From positions 200,235 through 264,234 of the forward strand of contig DGAG01000007.1 in the NCBI GenBank assembly GCA_002382325.1: DNA of 64,000 nucleotides, given 5' to 3'. The translations under genes were made by a program, and so were the position numbers. This document shows positions 20,131 to 29,221 of this stretch, one piece after another. The DNA is from Epsilonproteobacteria bacterium UBA4036. Lineage in GTDB: Bacteria; Campylobacterota; Campylobacteria; Campylobacterales; Arcobacteraceae. Position 1 is the stretch's first letter, and every line of letters starts with the position of its first letter. Under the pieces are notes generated by a model. The model was given only the letters and a program-made list of their open reading frames with translations. It made no database searches and had not been told where the DNA came from.

Positions 20131-21375
20131 ATGATGAGCAAAAAAGAAGTTAAAAAAGTAGTTCTTGCCTACAGTGGAGGTTTAGATACTTCAATTATTT
20201 TAAAATGGCTTCAAGATGAATATAAAGCTGAAGTCATCACCTTTACAGCTGATTTAGGGCAAGGTGAAGAAGTTGAACCCGCACGACAAAAAGCATTGGC
20301 GTGTGGAATTAAACCTGAAAATATTTTTATTTTAGATATTAAAGAAGAGTTCGTCAAAGAGTACGTTTTCCCCATGTTTAGAGCCAATGCCATTTATGAA
20401 GGTGAATATTTACTAGGAACTTCAATTGCACGACCTTTGATCGCAAAAAAACTGATTGATATTGCCAACCAAACAGGAGCTGACGCGGTTTCTCATGGGG
20501 CTACTGGAAAAGGAAATGATCAAGTGCGATTTGAATTGGGTGCGTTGGCATTACGACCTGATATTAAAGTAATAGCCCCTTGGAGAGAGTGGGACTTAAA
20601 CTCACGAGAAAGTTTATTGGAATATGCAAGAACGCATGGTATTGAAATTTCTAAAAAGCACGTAGATGAAAACGGTAATCCTAAAGCCAGTCCGTACTCT
20701 ATGGATGCAAACCTTTTACATATTTCTTATGAAGGATTGCATTTAGAAAACCCCAACAATGAACCCGAAGAGTCTATGTGGTTATGGACAACTCCTCCTG
20801 AAAAAGCACCCGATACACCTGAATATTTGACGTTGACGTATAAAAACGGTGATCCTATTGCAATCAATGGTGTAGAAATGTCTCCAGCAACACTTCTTGC
20901 AACATTAAACGAATATGGAAATAAACACGGTATCGGACGAGTGGATATTGTAGAAAACCGATATGTAGGGATGAAAGCACGAGGATGTTATGAAACACCT
21001 GGTGGAACAATTATGTTAAAAGCGCATCGAGCCATTGAGTCCATTACTTTAGACAGAGAAGCGGCTCATTTAAAAGATGAATTGATGCCACGATATGCTA
21101 AATTGATTTATCAAGGATACTGGTTCTCTCCAGAGCGTGAAATGTTACAAGCCGCTATTGATGCGACGCAACAACACGTAGAAGGAACAGTCAAAGTTAA
21201 ATTGTATAAAGGCAATGTAACTGTTGTTGGAAGAGATTCGGTCAAATCACTCTACAACGACGCGTACTCAACGTTTGAAAAAGATGAAGTCTATAATCAA
21301 AAAGATGCCGAAGGGTTTATTCGACTCAATGCACTTCGATTTATCATTGCAGGTCAAGCTCAAAACAGAAAATAA
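20131..21375 (+). CDS. argG: argininosuccinate synthase
   Basis: 414 aa with [23 protein letters not shown] and [18 protein letters not shown]. The start may be the second ATG at 20134. Confidence 0.95.
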   Translation: MMSKKEVKKVVLAYSGGLDTSIILKWLQDEYKAEVITFTADLGQGEEVEPARQKALACGIKPENIFILDIKEEFVKEYVFPMFRANAIYEGEYLLGTSIARPLIAKKLIDIANQTGADAVSHGATGKGNDQVRFELGALALRPDIKVIAPWREWDLNSRESLLEYARTHGIEISKKHVDENGNPKASPYSMDANLLHISYEGLHLENPNNEPEESMWLWTTPPEKAPDTPEYLTLTYKNGDPIAINGVEMSPATLLATLNEYGNKHGIGRVDIVENRYVGMKARGCYETPGGTIMLKAHRAIESITLDREAAHLKDELMPRYAKLIYQGYWFSPEREMLQAAIDATQQHVEGTVKVKLYKGNVTVVGRDSVKSLYNDAYSTFEKDEVYNQKDAEGFIRLNALRFIIAGQAQNRK

Positions 21376-21378
21376 CTA

Positions 21379-21406
21379 GAAGCAACCCTCTTGGGTTGCT
21401 TCTTTT
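21379..21406 (+). terminator. intrinsic terminator after argG
   Basis: The stem is GAAGCAACCC / GGGTTGCTTC (10 bp) with loop TCTT, followed by TTTT. It begins 4 nt after the argG stop. Confidence 0.75.
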
Positions 21407-21470
21407 ACGCTCTCATTTTTTTATCATCTTACTTTGCTATAATGTTTTAAAATAAAAGCAAGGAGTATGT

Positions 21471-21971
21471 ATGATTCTTAAATTTAAAGAACACTATCCC
21501 AAAATCGATGCGACTGCTTGGATTGCACCCAGTGCTGATTTAATTGGCAACATTAAAATCGGAGAAGACTCTTCGGTATGGTTTGGGTGTGTGTTACGAG
21601 CCGATATTAATCAAATCAAAATCGGAAAACGAAGTAATATTCAAGATTTATCCATGATTCATACCGATTTTGACACCTCTACGATTATTGGAGATGATGT
21701 TACGATTGGGCATAAAGTAATGTTACATGGGTGTACCATTGAAGACGGTTGTTTGATTGGAATGAGTGCCACTGTTTTAGATAATGCCATTATTGGTAAA
21801 GGAAGTATTGTAGGGGCGAACTCATTAGTAACAGCAGGAAAAGTGTTTCCTCCCAAATCATTAATTATGGGCAGTCCTGCAAAAGTTATTAGGCAATTAG
21901 ACGATGAAGATGTTGAAAAACTTATCAAACATGCAGGAAAATATGTCCATTATAAAAATGAGTATTGTTAG
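21471..21971 (+). CDS. gamma-class carbonic anhydrase / hexapeptide-repeat family protein
   Basis: 166 aa left-handed beta-helix protein with VWFGCVLRAD and IGHKVMLHGCTIED. Confidence 0.85.
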   Translation: MILKFKEHYPKIDATAWIAPSADLIGNIKIGEDSSVWFGCVLRADINQIKIGKRSNIQDLSMIHTDFDTSTIIGDDVTIGHKVMLHGCTIEDGCLIGMSATVLDNAIIGKGSIVGANSLVTAGKVFPPKSLIMGSPAKVIRQLDDEDVEKLIKHAGKYVHYKNEYC

Positions 21972-21990
21972 TATCAAACGATACTAACAC

Positions 21991-24591
21991 TTATTGTAAT
22001 TGCCCAATTTTAGAGATATTTAAAATAGTTAATAAGTTTTTACACGTTTTATCTTGAGGGGGTTGAACAATGCTTTGAGCTAACATTCCCCCACTGATTA
22101 AATGTTCTTCAAAAGGTTTAATGTATTGAGTGGGGATTTTTAAGATTTCTCCCAGTTTATCAACCACGATTCCAATGGTATGTTTTTGTATGGCACCTTG
22201 ATAACTCACAATAATAATATCATTTTTATCTTCTTCAAATTTATTTTTTATAAACGAACTGATGTCCAACACACTCACTGCATAGTTTTTATACGCAACT
22301 GTCCCTTTAAAATGGTGATTTAAATCCATACTCACTGGGGTTTCAAGGTGGTTAATACTAATAGCTTCAATGATACTTGAAGTAGGAACACCCAACCATT
22401 TATTGCCAATATAAAAGGTTGCTATCTCTTCAATGGTATCATTATGTGTTGAGGGATAACTGTAATAATTGGTTGCAAATTCATCGTATTTATTAACAAA
22501 AGGTTTAATTTCTCCCGCTTCAAAAAATACCAACGACAAAACATCGTTACGATACTCATCGCCATTGCTTTTGTACTCACGATATCCAAAAGAGCATTTT
22601 GCTCCTACAATGTAATATTTATCTTGATAGTTCATTATTTTCGAAAGCGATTGAGCGTTTGAGAGTTTAAAAAATTCATTGTCGATACTTAGTACTTCTC
22701 CCAGAAGATGAGAATCATTGCTGCAACTGATAATTTTTCGACTCTGTTTTTCAACAAAAAGTGAAAAAATACCCTTTTTTACTTCATGGTTGTTTTTGGG
22801 CAACGCATCTTTGAGCATTCCTTTAAATTGGCACGTGGCGTCAAAAACAATTGCAATCCCTCCTACAACAGTAGTGCTACTTGGAGCAAAAATGGAAGCA
22901 CTGTAAATATAAGTATCGTGATTGTTATACAAAAAACTCTTTTCAAAATCACTCACACAATATTTTGAAGAATCTTTCAACTTTAAAGAAGCTTGTAACC
23001 ACGATGTTGAAAGTTTAGTATCGATAATTTTGGCTTCATTTTCATTGGAAACGGCTAAGATATTGCCGTGTATATCATAAATTAACAAATTGCTGTATAC
23101 CGTGTATAAATTGTTGATATATTTTAAAATATTACTTAACTGCAGTTTATCTTCTTTTGTGATGCTTTTTTTATTTAAAATGGTTCTAAACGTAGAGGTT
23201 AATGCCCACCAACGGCAATCATTGGCTCTTTCATAAAGGTTTCTGTCCATAATATCAATGGAGAGAGTCGCCAAAAAAGTGGCATTGTTTAACAGGGATG
23301 AAATAATGGTTTGATTGAGTTTTTCGATGGAAGTTTTAAAGGCTTTTTTGGTTTTTTCTCCTGTTGTTCGCACTTCTCTTAAAATAGAACGAGCAAAATC
23401 AGCACTGCTTGACTCACTTTGCATCTGTATCACATTGCCATTCCACACGGCACGATCAAGCTCATCTTGAATACATTGTGCTTTGTTTGGAATCTCAAGT
23501 AGCTCTTTTTTAAAGAGTTCTTCATTTTGCATAATGGAGTGTAAAATGGCTTCATCAATTGAAATATCTTGAGTATGGACTTTAAATGCACTCTCTAAAG
23601 GAATCATTATATGACCCATCCAACCCAAACCAAAAAAACCTTCATAGCCATTGGTTTTGCAGGTTTTTATAATGTAATCACGCCCTGCAAATTGAGTGAT
23701 TTTATACTCCTCTTCAATGGCAACATCCAATTTTGCTTTTAAAGGAATATGATACGGATCGCTTGAAGCAATCACTTCACTGTTTTTATCTAAAAGCAAC
23801 AGGGTCTCTTTATTTTTTTTACAGACCAATTTTGAAAAAATCCCTTCCATTTCATCTTCAAATTTAAAACACAAACTTAAAAAGCCAATAATAGTATTGT
23901 CATCATTGGTCTGGGTGACTTTATACGAATAGACCAATGATTTTTCATGATGGGGCAAAAAATCATGGTATTTATACGTTTCAACATACTCATGAGAAGT
24001 GGATTTAATGATATCAAGCAGTTCATCTTTGGTTTTTAAAATGGGATTGTTTTCATCAAGTTTGGCAACAATATTACCCTTCTTATCAAATAAAATGATG
24101 TCATAGTAAACACTGTATTTGGCAACATACTCGTTAAAGCGTTGTTTGATGTGCTTTAGTTGTTTTTTATAATGCGTTTCATCCAAACACTCTTCAATAC
24201 TTTGTATGGTTGTATCTTCTTGTCTTTTTTCTTCAACTTCTTGAACCGTTATTAAAAAGTTTCTAATATCATCATCTGTTGCCAAAAAGCCAATGTCTGC
24301 GGTTCTTTCAAATAAATTTCGTATCACAATATCAACCGACACAGAGGCTTTTGAACGCATTTCATTGACCACTTTTTTTAATGTTTCTTGTGCCAATTGA
24401 GAAATAAGTTCTGATTTTAATTGAGTAAAGTTCTCTTTGGTATGACTCATATCCAGCCCGGTTGAACCCAATTGACTCAATAAAATTAATTGGTCCCATG
24501 TTTTGCTGATGTCATCGAGTTCTTGTTTAAAATCACTGACATTTTTCATATACTCAAACAATTCATCACTTAGCGTATTTTTATTCATCAT
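21991..24591 (-). CDS. large cytoplasmic protein: duplicated sensor-like module + C-terminal CheW-like domain
   Basis: The C-terminal ~140 aa read TFYIGNKWLGVPTSSIIEAI...FKGTVAYKNYAVSVLDISSFI...IGIVVDKLGEILKIP, which is CheW-like. Two internal repeats share RNL(F/Y)ER..D, Y.VY...L.(F/Y)D..GNI.A and similar blocks. I chose the start at ATG 24591, which has AAGG 8 nt upstream and a TATAAT further upstream, rather than the track start at 24696. Confidence 0.7.
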   Translation of the reverse strand: MMNKNTLSDELFEYMKNVSDFKQELDDISKTWDQLILLSQLGSTGLDMSHTKENFTQLKSELISQLAQETLKKVVNEMRSKASVSVDIVIRNLFERTADIGFLATDDDIRNFLITVQEVEEKRQEDTTIQSIEECLDETHYKKQLKHIKQRFNEYVAKYSVYYDIILFDKKGNIVAKLDENNPILKTKDELLDIIKSTSHEYVETYKYHDFLPHHEKSLVYSYKVTQTNDDNTIIGFLSLCFKFEDEMEGIFSKLVCKKNKETLLLLDKNSEVIASSDPYHIPLKAKLDVAIEEEYKITQFAGRDYIIKTCKTNGYEGFFGLGWMGHIMIPLESAFKVHTQDISIDEAILHSIMQNEELFKKELLEIPNKAQCIQDELDRAVWNGNVIQMQSESSSADFARSILREVRTTGEKTKKAFKTSIEKLNQTIISSLLNNATFLATLSIDIMDRNLYERANDCRWWALTSTFRTILNKKSITKEDKLQLSNILKYINNLYTVYSNLLIYDIHGNILAVSNENEAKIIDTKLSTSWLQASLKLKDSSKYCVSDFEKSFLYNNHDTYIYSASIFAPSSTTVVGGIAIVFDATCQFKGMLKDALPKNNHEVKKGIFSLFVEKQSRKIISCSNDSHLLGEVLSIDNEFFKLSNAQSLSKIMNYQDKYYIVGAKCSFGYREYKSNGDEYRNDVLSLVFFEAGEIKPFVNKYDEFATNYYSYPSTHNDTIEEIATFYIGNKWLGVPTSSIIEAISINHLETPVSMDLNHHFKGTVAYKNYAVSVLDISSFIKNKFEEDKNDIIIVSYQGAIQKHTIGIVVDKLGEILKIPTQYIKPFEEHLISGGMLAQSIVQPPQDKTCKNLLTILNISKIGQLQ

Positions 24592-24630
24592 AATGGTTGC
24601 CTTAGGGGTCTTAATATAAATTTTGTGATG

Positions 24631-24636
24631 ATTATA
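24631..24636 (-). promoter_or_regulatory. candidate -10 box (TATAAT) for the CheW-fusion gene
   Basis: The reverse complement of ATTATA lies about 40 nt upstream of ATG 24591 and downstream of the terminator at 24708-24739. Confidence 0.35.
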
Positions 24637-24707
24637 GCATAGAATTAAAAAATATTGTATATTTTTTATACAAAGATAGTGTTTATAAATTAACAAGATT
24701 AAGAGAT

Positions 24708-24739
24708 AAAAAAACCGATTACTCTTAAAGTAATCGGTT
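24708..24739 (-). terminator. intrinsic terminator after the dUTPase-like gene
   Basis: On the minus strand, stem AACCGATTACT / AGTAATCGGTT (11 bp) with a 5-nt loop is followed by a U-run (A-run 24708-24714 on the plus strand). It begins 20 nt after the stop at 24759. Confidence 0.7.
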
Positions 24740-24758
24740 AAAAGAAGAAAAAGAAATC

Positions 24759-25679
24759 CTATTTAAGTTTTTTATACATTAAATCAAGCGTTTCATACAG
24801 TTCATTAAAACTGATATTATCCACTGTTTCTAAAACAGAAACCATTACAACATTGTCTTCTTGTCCGTTCCACTCTTTGATGTAACTGCCCTCTTTGTAG
24901 CCATTATCTTGTCTGAATTTATTTAAACAATTTTTACCAATATAGAGTTTTTGTAACCAATTAAACGACAGACCACAAATTTTGCAACATCTGAAAAATT
25001 GATCAATAAAACGTTCAATACCTGAAAAAGTTGGCATATTGCCCGTTTCAATTGCTAAGGCAATATAAGAGAGTTTTTCTGCTTCTTTGACCATCAGTTT
25101 GGTGTCAATATCTGTACTGGCTTCATAAATACAATGAGTATTAACCAAAGATACTGCTCTTGGGACATTGGTTTCTTGTAAAATATACGACATTAAAAAA
25201 TGCCAAATATCCACCAATTCTACATGAATATTGTTCATATCGGGATTGGCATTGATGTTTTTCCAATGTTTCCAAGGCGTTGAATCAATCAGTTCAGCTA
25301 CTTCCATATGGATGCATCGTAACCAATTAATCTCTTTGCCAAACTGATTGATCCCAAGCTCCCAATTTTTGCCATTGGTTGAATCGTTTAACTCTTTTTG
25401 CAACAAAAACATCTCTTCGAGCTTGTGAGGAAAACTGGATGCTTCTTCAAGTAAAGAAGCCAAAGGCAAACACTCTTCTACTAAGTTATCTAACACATTA
25501 TTGGGCACAGCTTTGTCCCCTTTTAAAAGATGTACGATTAATGAGACGGTATAAGGAATCTCATCTTTAGATTCCCATTCAAGGACGTCATCTGATGTCA
25601 CACCAATATATTTTGCAAAATCTTCTATGGTCATAAATCCCAATGTTTTAACGCTGTCTTTTAACTCTTTATATAACAA
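24759..25679 (-). CDS. dimeric (all-alpha) dUTPase-family protein with an N-terminal HTH-like extension
   Basis: The core reads NWLRCIHMEVAELIDSTPWKHWKN...HVELVDIWHFLMSY. This resembles the dimeric dUTPase/dUTPase_2 family known from Campylobacter. The first ~55 aa (TIEDFAKYIGVTSDDVLEWESKD) look like an XRE-type helix-turn-helix. Confidence 0.7.
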   Translation of the reverse strand: MLYKELKDSVKTLGFMTIEDFAKYIGVTSDDVLEWESKDEIPYTVSLIVHLLKGDKAVPNNVLDNLVEECLPLASLLEEASSFPHKLEEMFLLQKELNDSTNGKNWELGINQFGKEINWLRCIHMEVAELIDSTPWKHWKNINANPDMNNIHVELVDIWHFLMSYILQETNVPRAVSLVNTHCIYEASTDIDTKLMVKEAEKLSYIALAIETGNMPTFSGIERFIDQFFRCCKICGLSFNWLQKLYIGKNCLNKFRQDNGYKEGSYIKEWNGQEDNVVMVSVLETVDNISFNELYETLDLMYKKLK

Positions 25680-25688
25680 TTTTTTCTC

Positions 25689-27170
25689 CTATTGTAATGG
25701 TAGTTCAATTTTAAAAATAACCCCATCGTTTTTATTTCTTACACTGATTTTTCCTAAACAGTACTGTTCAATAATTTTTTTGCTCATATACAGTCCCAAT
25801 CCCGTTCCATTTTTACTCTTTTTAGTTGAAAAGTAAGGATCAAAGATTCGAGCAATAATATCTGAGGGAATTCCTCCTGCATTGTCTTGAATTTCAATAA
25901 TGGCATACTTATCATTAAAATCATGTGACACCACAATTTTTCGTTTTTGTATCTCTTTTTCAAGCATTGCATCGCGTGCATTTTTAAAAATATTGATTAA
26001 CACTTGCACCACTTCATTGACATGCAAATTTAAAGTGGCATCTTGGATAATAACCGTTTCAAAATCAATTTCATCGACTTTAAACATATAGTTTAAAAAC
26101 TCTTGGGCTTTAAATGTCAATTCCGAACATTTAATCTTTTGTTTGGCTTTTTCAGGCTTAAAAAAATCTCTAAAGTCATCAATGGTTTTTGACATATAAT
26201 TAAGCTGTAAAGAGACATCATCAACCACTTTATCAATAAATTCATCGCTTAATTCACCTTCAATCATTTTGGTTAACGGAATCTTTTGAACTAAGATAGA
26301 AACCGCTTGTAAAGGTTGTCGCCATTGGTGAGCTATCATGGAAATCATTTCACCCATGGCAGCCGATTTGGATTGTTCCACAATAATGCTTTGTTGTTCT
26401 TCCAGCTCTTTTTTAGAGGTAATATCTTGTCGTAAAGCATCGTATCCAACAATATTGCCTTCATGGTCATAGTGAGGCTCAATCGTAGCATAAATCCAAT
26501 AATACCCTCCATCTTTTTTAAGATTTTTAATCTCTCCTCGCCACGTTTGACCGTTTTGAATCGTCTCCCACATATCTTCAAAAACAAACGCTTGCATATC
26601 AGGATGTCGTACAATACTGTGTGGCTGGCCAATGAGTTCTTCTTTGGTGTATCCACTGATTTCACAAAAAGCTTGAGAAACCGAGGTGATTATGCCTTCT
26701 TTATCTGTACTTGACATAATAATATTTTTATCCGATAAAACCAAAAGACGTTTTAAATCTTCTGAATTTTCTTTATCTAAAAAACTTTTAAGCACTCCTG
26801 CAAAGTTTTGTTCAAAAATATAATTAATATCTTCTTCAAGCTCTTTATTGGGAACATTTAATTCAAACATATATGCAACTAAGGCATTTTTAAAGCCACT
26901 GCAAAGTAAAAAAAGTTCGTGGGCTTTAACGCTATTGAACTTTAAAAAATCAACCAATCTGTCAATATTGGGGCAATGTCCAATCTCTTCTTTGCCTTTT
27001 ACAATATCCGCATAATAGGTCAATATGCTGATGGCAAACTCTTTAATAAAATACTCTTTGTTAATACTGTAAGTATGTAATATCGTTACGACAGTAGGAT
27101 TATTAATCCAATGAGAAATTACAGCAACTCTGTTTTTCTCAACTTTTTCAATAAATTTCACTAATTCCAT
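25689..27170 (-). CDS. cytoplasmic PAS-domain sensor histidine kinase
   Basis: The PAS_3 core reads GYTKEELIGQPHSIVRHPDM...TWRGEIKNLKKDGGYYW. H-box AHQWRQPL is followed by an ATPase with NIFKNARDA, DNAGGI and GTGLGLY. Confidence 0.85.
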   Translation of the reverse strand: MELVKFIEKVEKNRVAVISHWINNPTVVTILHTYSINKEYFIKEFAISILTYYADIVKGKEEIGHCPNIDRLVDFLKFNSVKAHELFLLCSGFKNALVAYMFELNVPNKELEEDINYIFEQNFAGVLKSFLDKENSEDLKRLLVLSDKNIIMSSTDKEGIITSVSQAFCEISGYTKEELIGQPHSIVRHPDMQAFVFEDMWETIQNGQTWRGEIKNLKKDGGYYWIYATIEPHYDHEGNIVGYDALRQDITSKKELEEQQSIIVEQSKSAAMGEMISMIAHQWRQPLQAVSILVQKIPLTKMIEGELSDEFIDKVVDDVSLQLNYMSKTIDDFRDFFKPEKAKQKIKCSELTFKAQEFLNYMFKVDEIDFETVIIQDATLNLHVNEVVQVLINIFKNARDAMLEKEIQKRKIVVSHDFNDKYAIIEIQDNAGGIPSDIIARIFDPYFSTKKSKNGTGLGLYMSKKIIEQYCLGKISVRNKNDGVIFKIELPLQ

Positions 27171-27204
27171 GGATTGCCTTGTGTTTAAGGGTCAATTTTA
27201 CACT

Positions 27205-27375
27205 TTATTTTCTTTGTTTTGGATTATAAAAACCACAAGCAATTCCACTGTTTTGTTTAACAATAATACTGGGTAAAATTTTTGATTTAAAGTTATAAGC
27301 CTTACAACCATAAGGACGATGGGGTTCCCAAGTTACAAAAAAATAACTGCATTTTTGACATACGATTCTTTCCAT
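27205..27375 (-). CDS. small conserved-looking cysteine protein (56 aa), below the ORF-track cutoff
   Basis: My translation is MERIVCQKCSYFFVTWEPHRPYGCKAYNFKSKILPSIIVKQNSGIACGFYNPKQRK. It has a CxxC...GC...C arrangement that I recall from a widespread small-protein family. It is divergent from the MCP gene. Confidence 0.5.
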   Translation of the reverse strand: MERIVCQKCSYFFVTWEPHRPYGCKAYNFKSKILPSIIVKQNSGIACGFYNPKQRK

Positions 27376-27498
27376 ATCGAATTTTATCCAATTTTTCTCT
27401 GATTTTATTTAAAAATAAAAAATAATATAAATTGTTACAGTTAATTAAGCTTGGTTAATATACAATCTCTCAAAAATTAAAAGACACAAGGATGAAAC

Positions 27499-28734
27499 AT
27501 GTTTGGTTCTATATCAAAAAGTGAGTTAAAAATAATTGATGATTATTTTCAACAATATATCCGATTTACACAATATAAACAAAATCGATTTGAATTTATT
27601 GAACGTACTGGCAATGCAAGCATTGATGCTCTTTTTCATAAATGGAATGAACAAATTAAACAAACAGATAGTGCCATTAAACAAGATATTAATGTTATTG
27701 GTGAAATTGTATTAACCTCTGATAAAGTTAAACAAGGGATTTTTAAATGTCGTATTAAGTCTGAAACAACCAACCCAATGGTTTCGACTTTGAAAAAAGC
27801 GGTTAATGAAATGGTGGATGCACTTGAAGACAAAATGATTAAGCTTGAAAATACACTAACTTCTTATGCTAATGAAGATTACCGTCCGAAACTTCATATT
27901 GAAGATACCATAAAAGCGCGTATGCTTTCTGTAATGCAATCAATTAATGCTTTAGGTGACGCATTAAGCAGTGCCGCAAAAGCCAATTTAGACAATGGTC
28001 GGCAACTGCAAGAAAATTCAAATAATATGAACGCTTCCATGAATAATCTGTCTGCCAAAGCGAATGAACAAGCCGCTTCTTTAGAAGAAACCGCTGCTGC
28101 TGTTGAAGAGATTACGAGTATCACACGAAACAATGCCAGTAATGCCACTAAAATGGCTGAACTTGGAAAAACGGTCAGACATGCCGTCACCGACGGAGAG
28201 AAACTGGCTTCAAAAACAGCTATCTCTATGGATGAAATCAATGAAAAAGTAACAGCCATTAATGAAGCAATTAATGTCATTGACCAAATTGCATTTCAAA
28301 CCAATATTTTATCCCTTAATGCAGCCGTTGAAGCTGCCACAGCAGGAGAAGCAGGAAAAGGATTTGCGGTAGTTGCTCAAGAAGTGAGAAATTTAGCAAC
28401 CAGAAGTGCTGATGCGGCCAAAGAGATTAAAAATTTAGTTGAAGATGCCAATGCCAAAGCCAATGCAGGAAAAAACATTTCAGCAGAGATGATTGAAGGG
28501 TATAAAAAACTCAATACGCATATTTCAGAAACGTTGCATATCATTCAAGATGTATCTTCTGCTTCAAAAGAGCAAATGTTAGGAATAGAACAAATTAACG
28601 ATGCGGTTTCAATGTTAGATAAAGTGACACAAGAAAATGCCAGTGAAGCAAATAATGTTACTAAAATCGCCAATGATGTTGATGCCATGGCACAACAACT
28701 GGTTAGTGATGCTATTACAAAAAAATTTAATTAG
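27499..28734 (+). CDS. soluble methyl-accepting chemotaxis protein (no transmembrane segment)
   Basis: The highly conserved signalling hairpin reads [37 protein letters not shown]. There is no hydrophobic stretch in the N-terminal 150 aa. Confidence 0.85.
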   Translation: MFGSISKSELKIIDDYFQQYIRFTQYKQNRFEFIERTGNASIDALFHKWNEQIKQTDSAIKQDINVIGEIVLTSDKVKQGIFKCRIKSETTNPMVSTLKKAVNEMVDALEDKMIKLENTLTSYANEDYRPKLHIEDTIKARMLSVMQSINALGDALSSAAKANLDNGRQLQENSNNMNASMNNLSAKANEQAASLEETAAAVEEITSITRNNASNATKMAELGKTVRHAVTDGEKLASKTAISMDEINEKVTAINEAINVIDQIAFQTNILSLNAAVEAATAGEAGKGFAVVAQEVRNLATRSADAAKEIKNLVEDANAKANAGKNISAEMIEGYKKLNTHISETLHIIQDVSSASKEQMLGIEQINDAVSMLDKVTQENASEANNVTKIANDVDAMAQQLVSDAITKKFN

Positions 28735-28742
28735 GAACAATA

Positions 28743-29126
28743 ATGAGTCAAGAAACTATTTTAAATGATGACGCTTTTTTAGTCAGTGAAACTGACGCCA
28801 AAGGAATAATACAATTTGCCAATGATGACTTTTGCAAAGTCGCCGAATACAGCGTCGAGGAACTTATCGGAAAACCACATAATGTCGTACGACATCCTGA
28901 TATGCCCAAAGCAGCCTTTAAAGATTTATGGGAAACCGTAAAAAGAGGTGAAGTGTGGACAGGATATGTTAAAAATGCGACAAGAAGCGGGGGATATTAT
29001 TGGGTGTATGCGACAGTTTTTCCTTTTGAGAGTTGTAACGGAAGTCGAGGATACTTAAGTTGTCGACGAAAAGCCTCACAAGAAGAGATAGACAAAGCCC
29101 AAGCTTTGTATAAAACACTCAAATAA
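28743..29126 (+). CDS. stand-alone Aer/CetB-like PAS (PAS_3) domain protein
   Basis: 127 aa reading SETDAKGIIQFANDDFCKVAEYSVEELIGKPHNVVRHPDMPKAAFKDLWETVKRGEVWTGYVKN...GGYYWV. It starts 9 nt after the MCP stop. Confidence 0.8.
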   Translation: MSQETILNDDAFLVSETDAKGIIQFANDDFCKVAEYSVEELIGKPHNVVRHPDMPKAAFKDLWETVKRGEVWTGYVKNATRSGGYYWVYATVFPFESCNGSRGYLSCRRKASQEEIDKAQALYKTLK

Positions 29127-29221
29127 ACCGCTTCATAAAATTGATAACAAAGAGAGATGAGTTTAATAAACAGTTAAATAGTTAAATGATAGAATTTTTC
29201 CAAATACAATGAGGAAAACAC

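Noticed and set aside
24592-24696. N-terminal 35 codons of the track ORF 21991-24696 (MLIYKHYLCIKNIQYF...).
   Set aside because: This stretch contains the TATAAT-like promoter element and lies just downstream of the terminator at 24708-24739. The ATG at 24591 has a proper AAGG RBS, so the extension is probably not translated.
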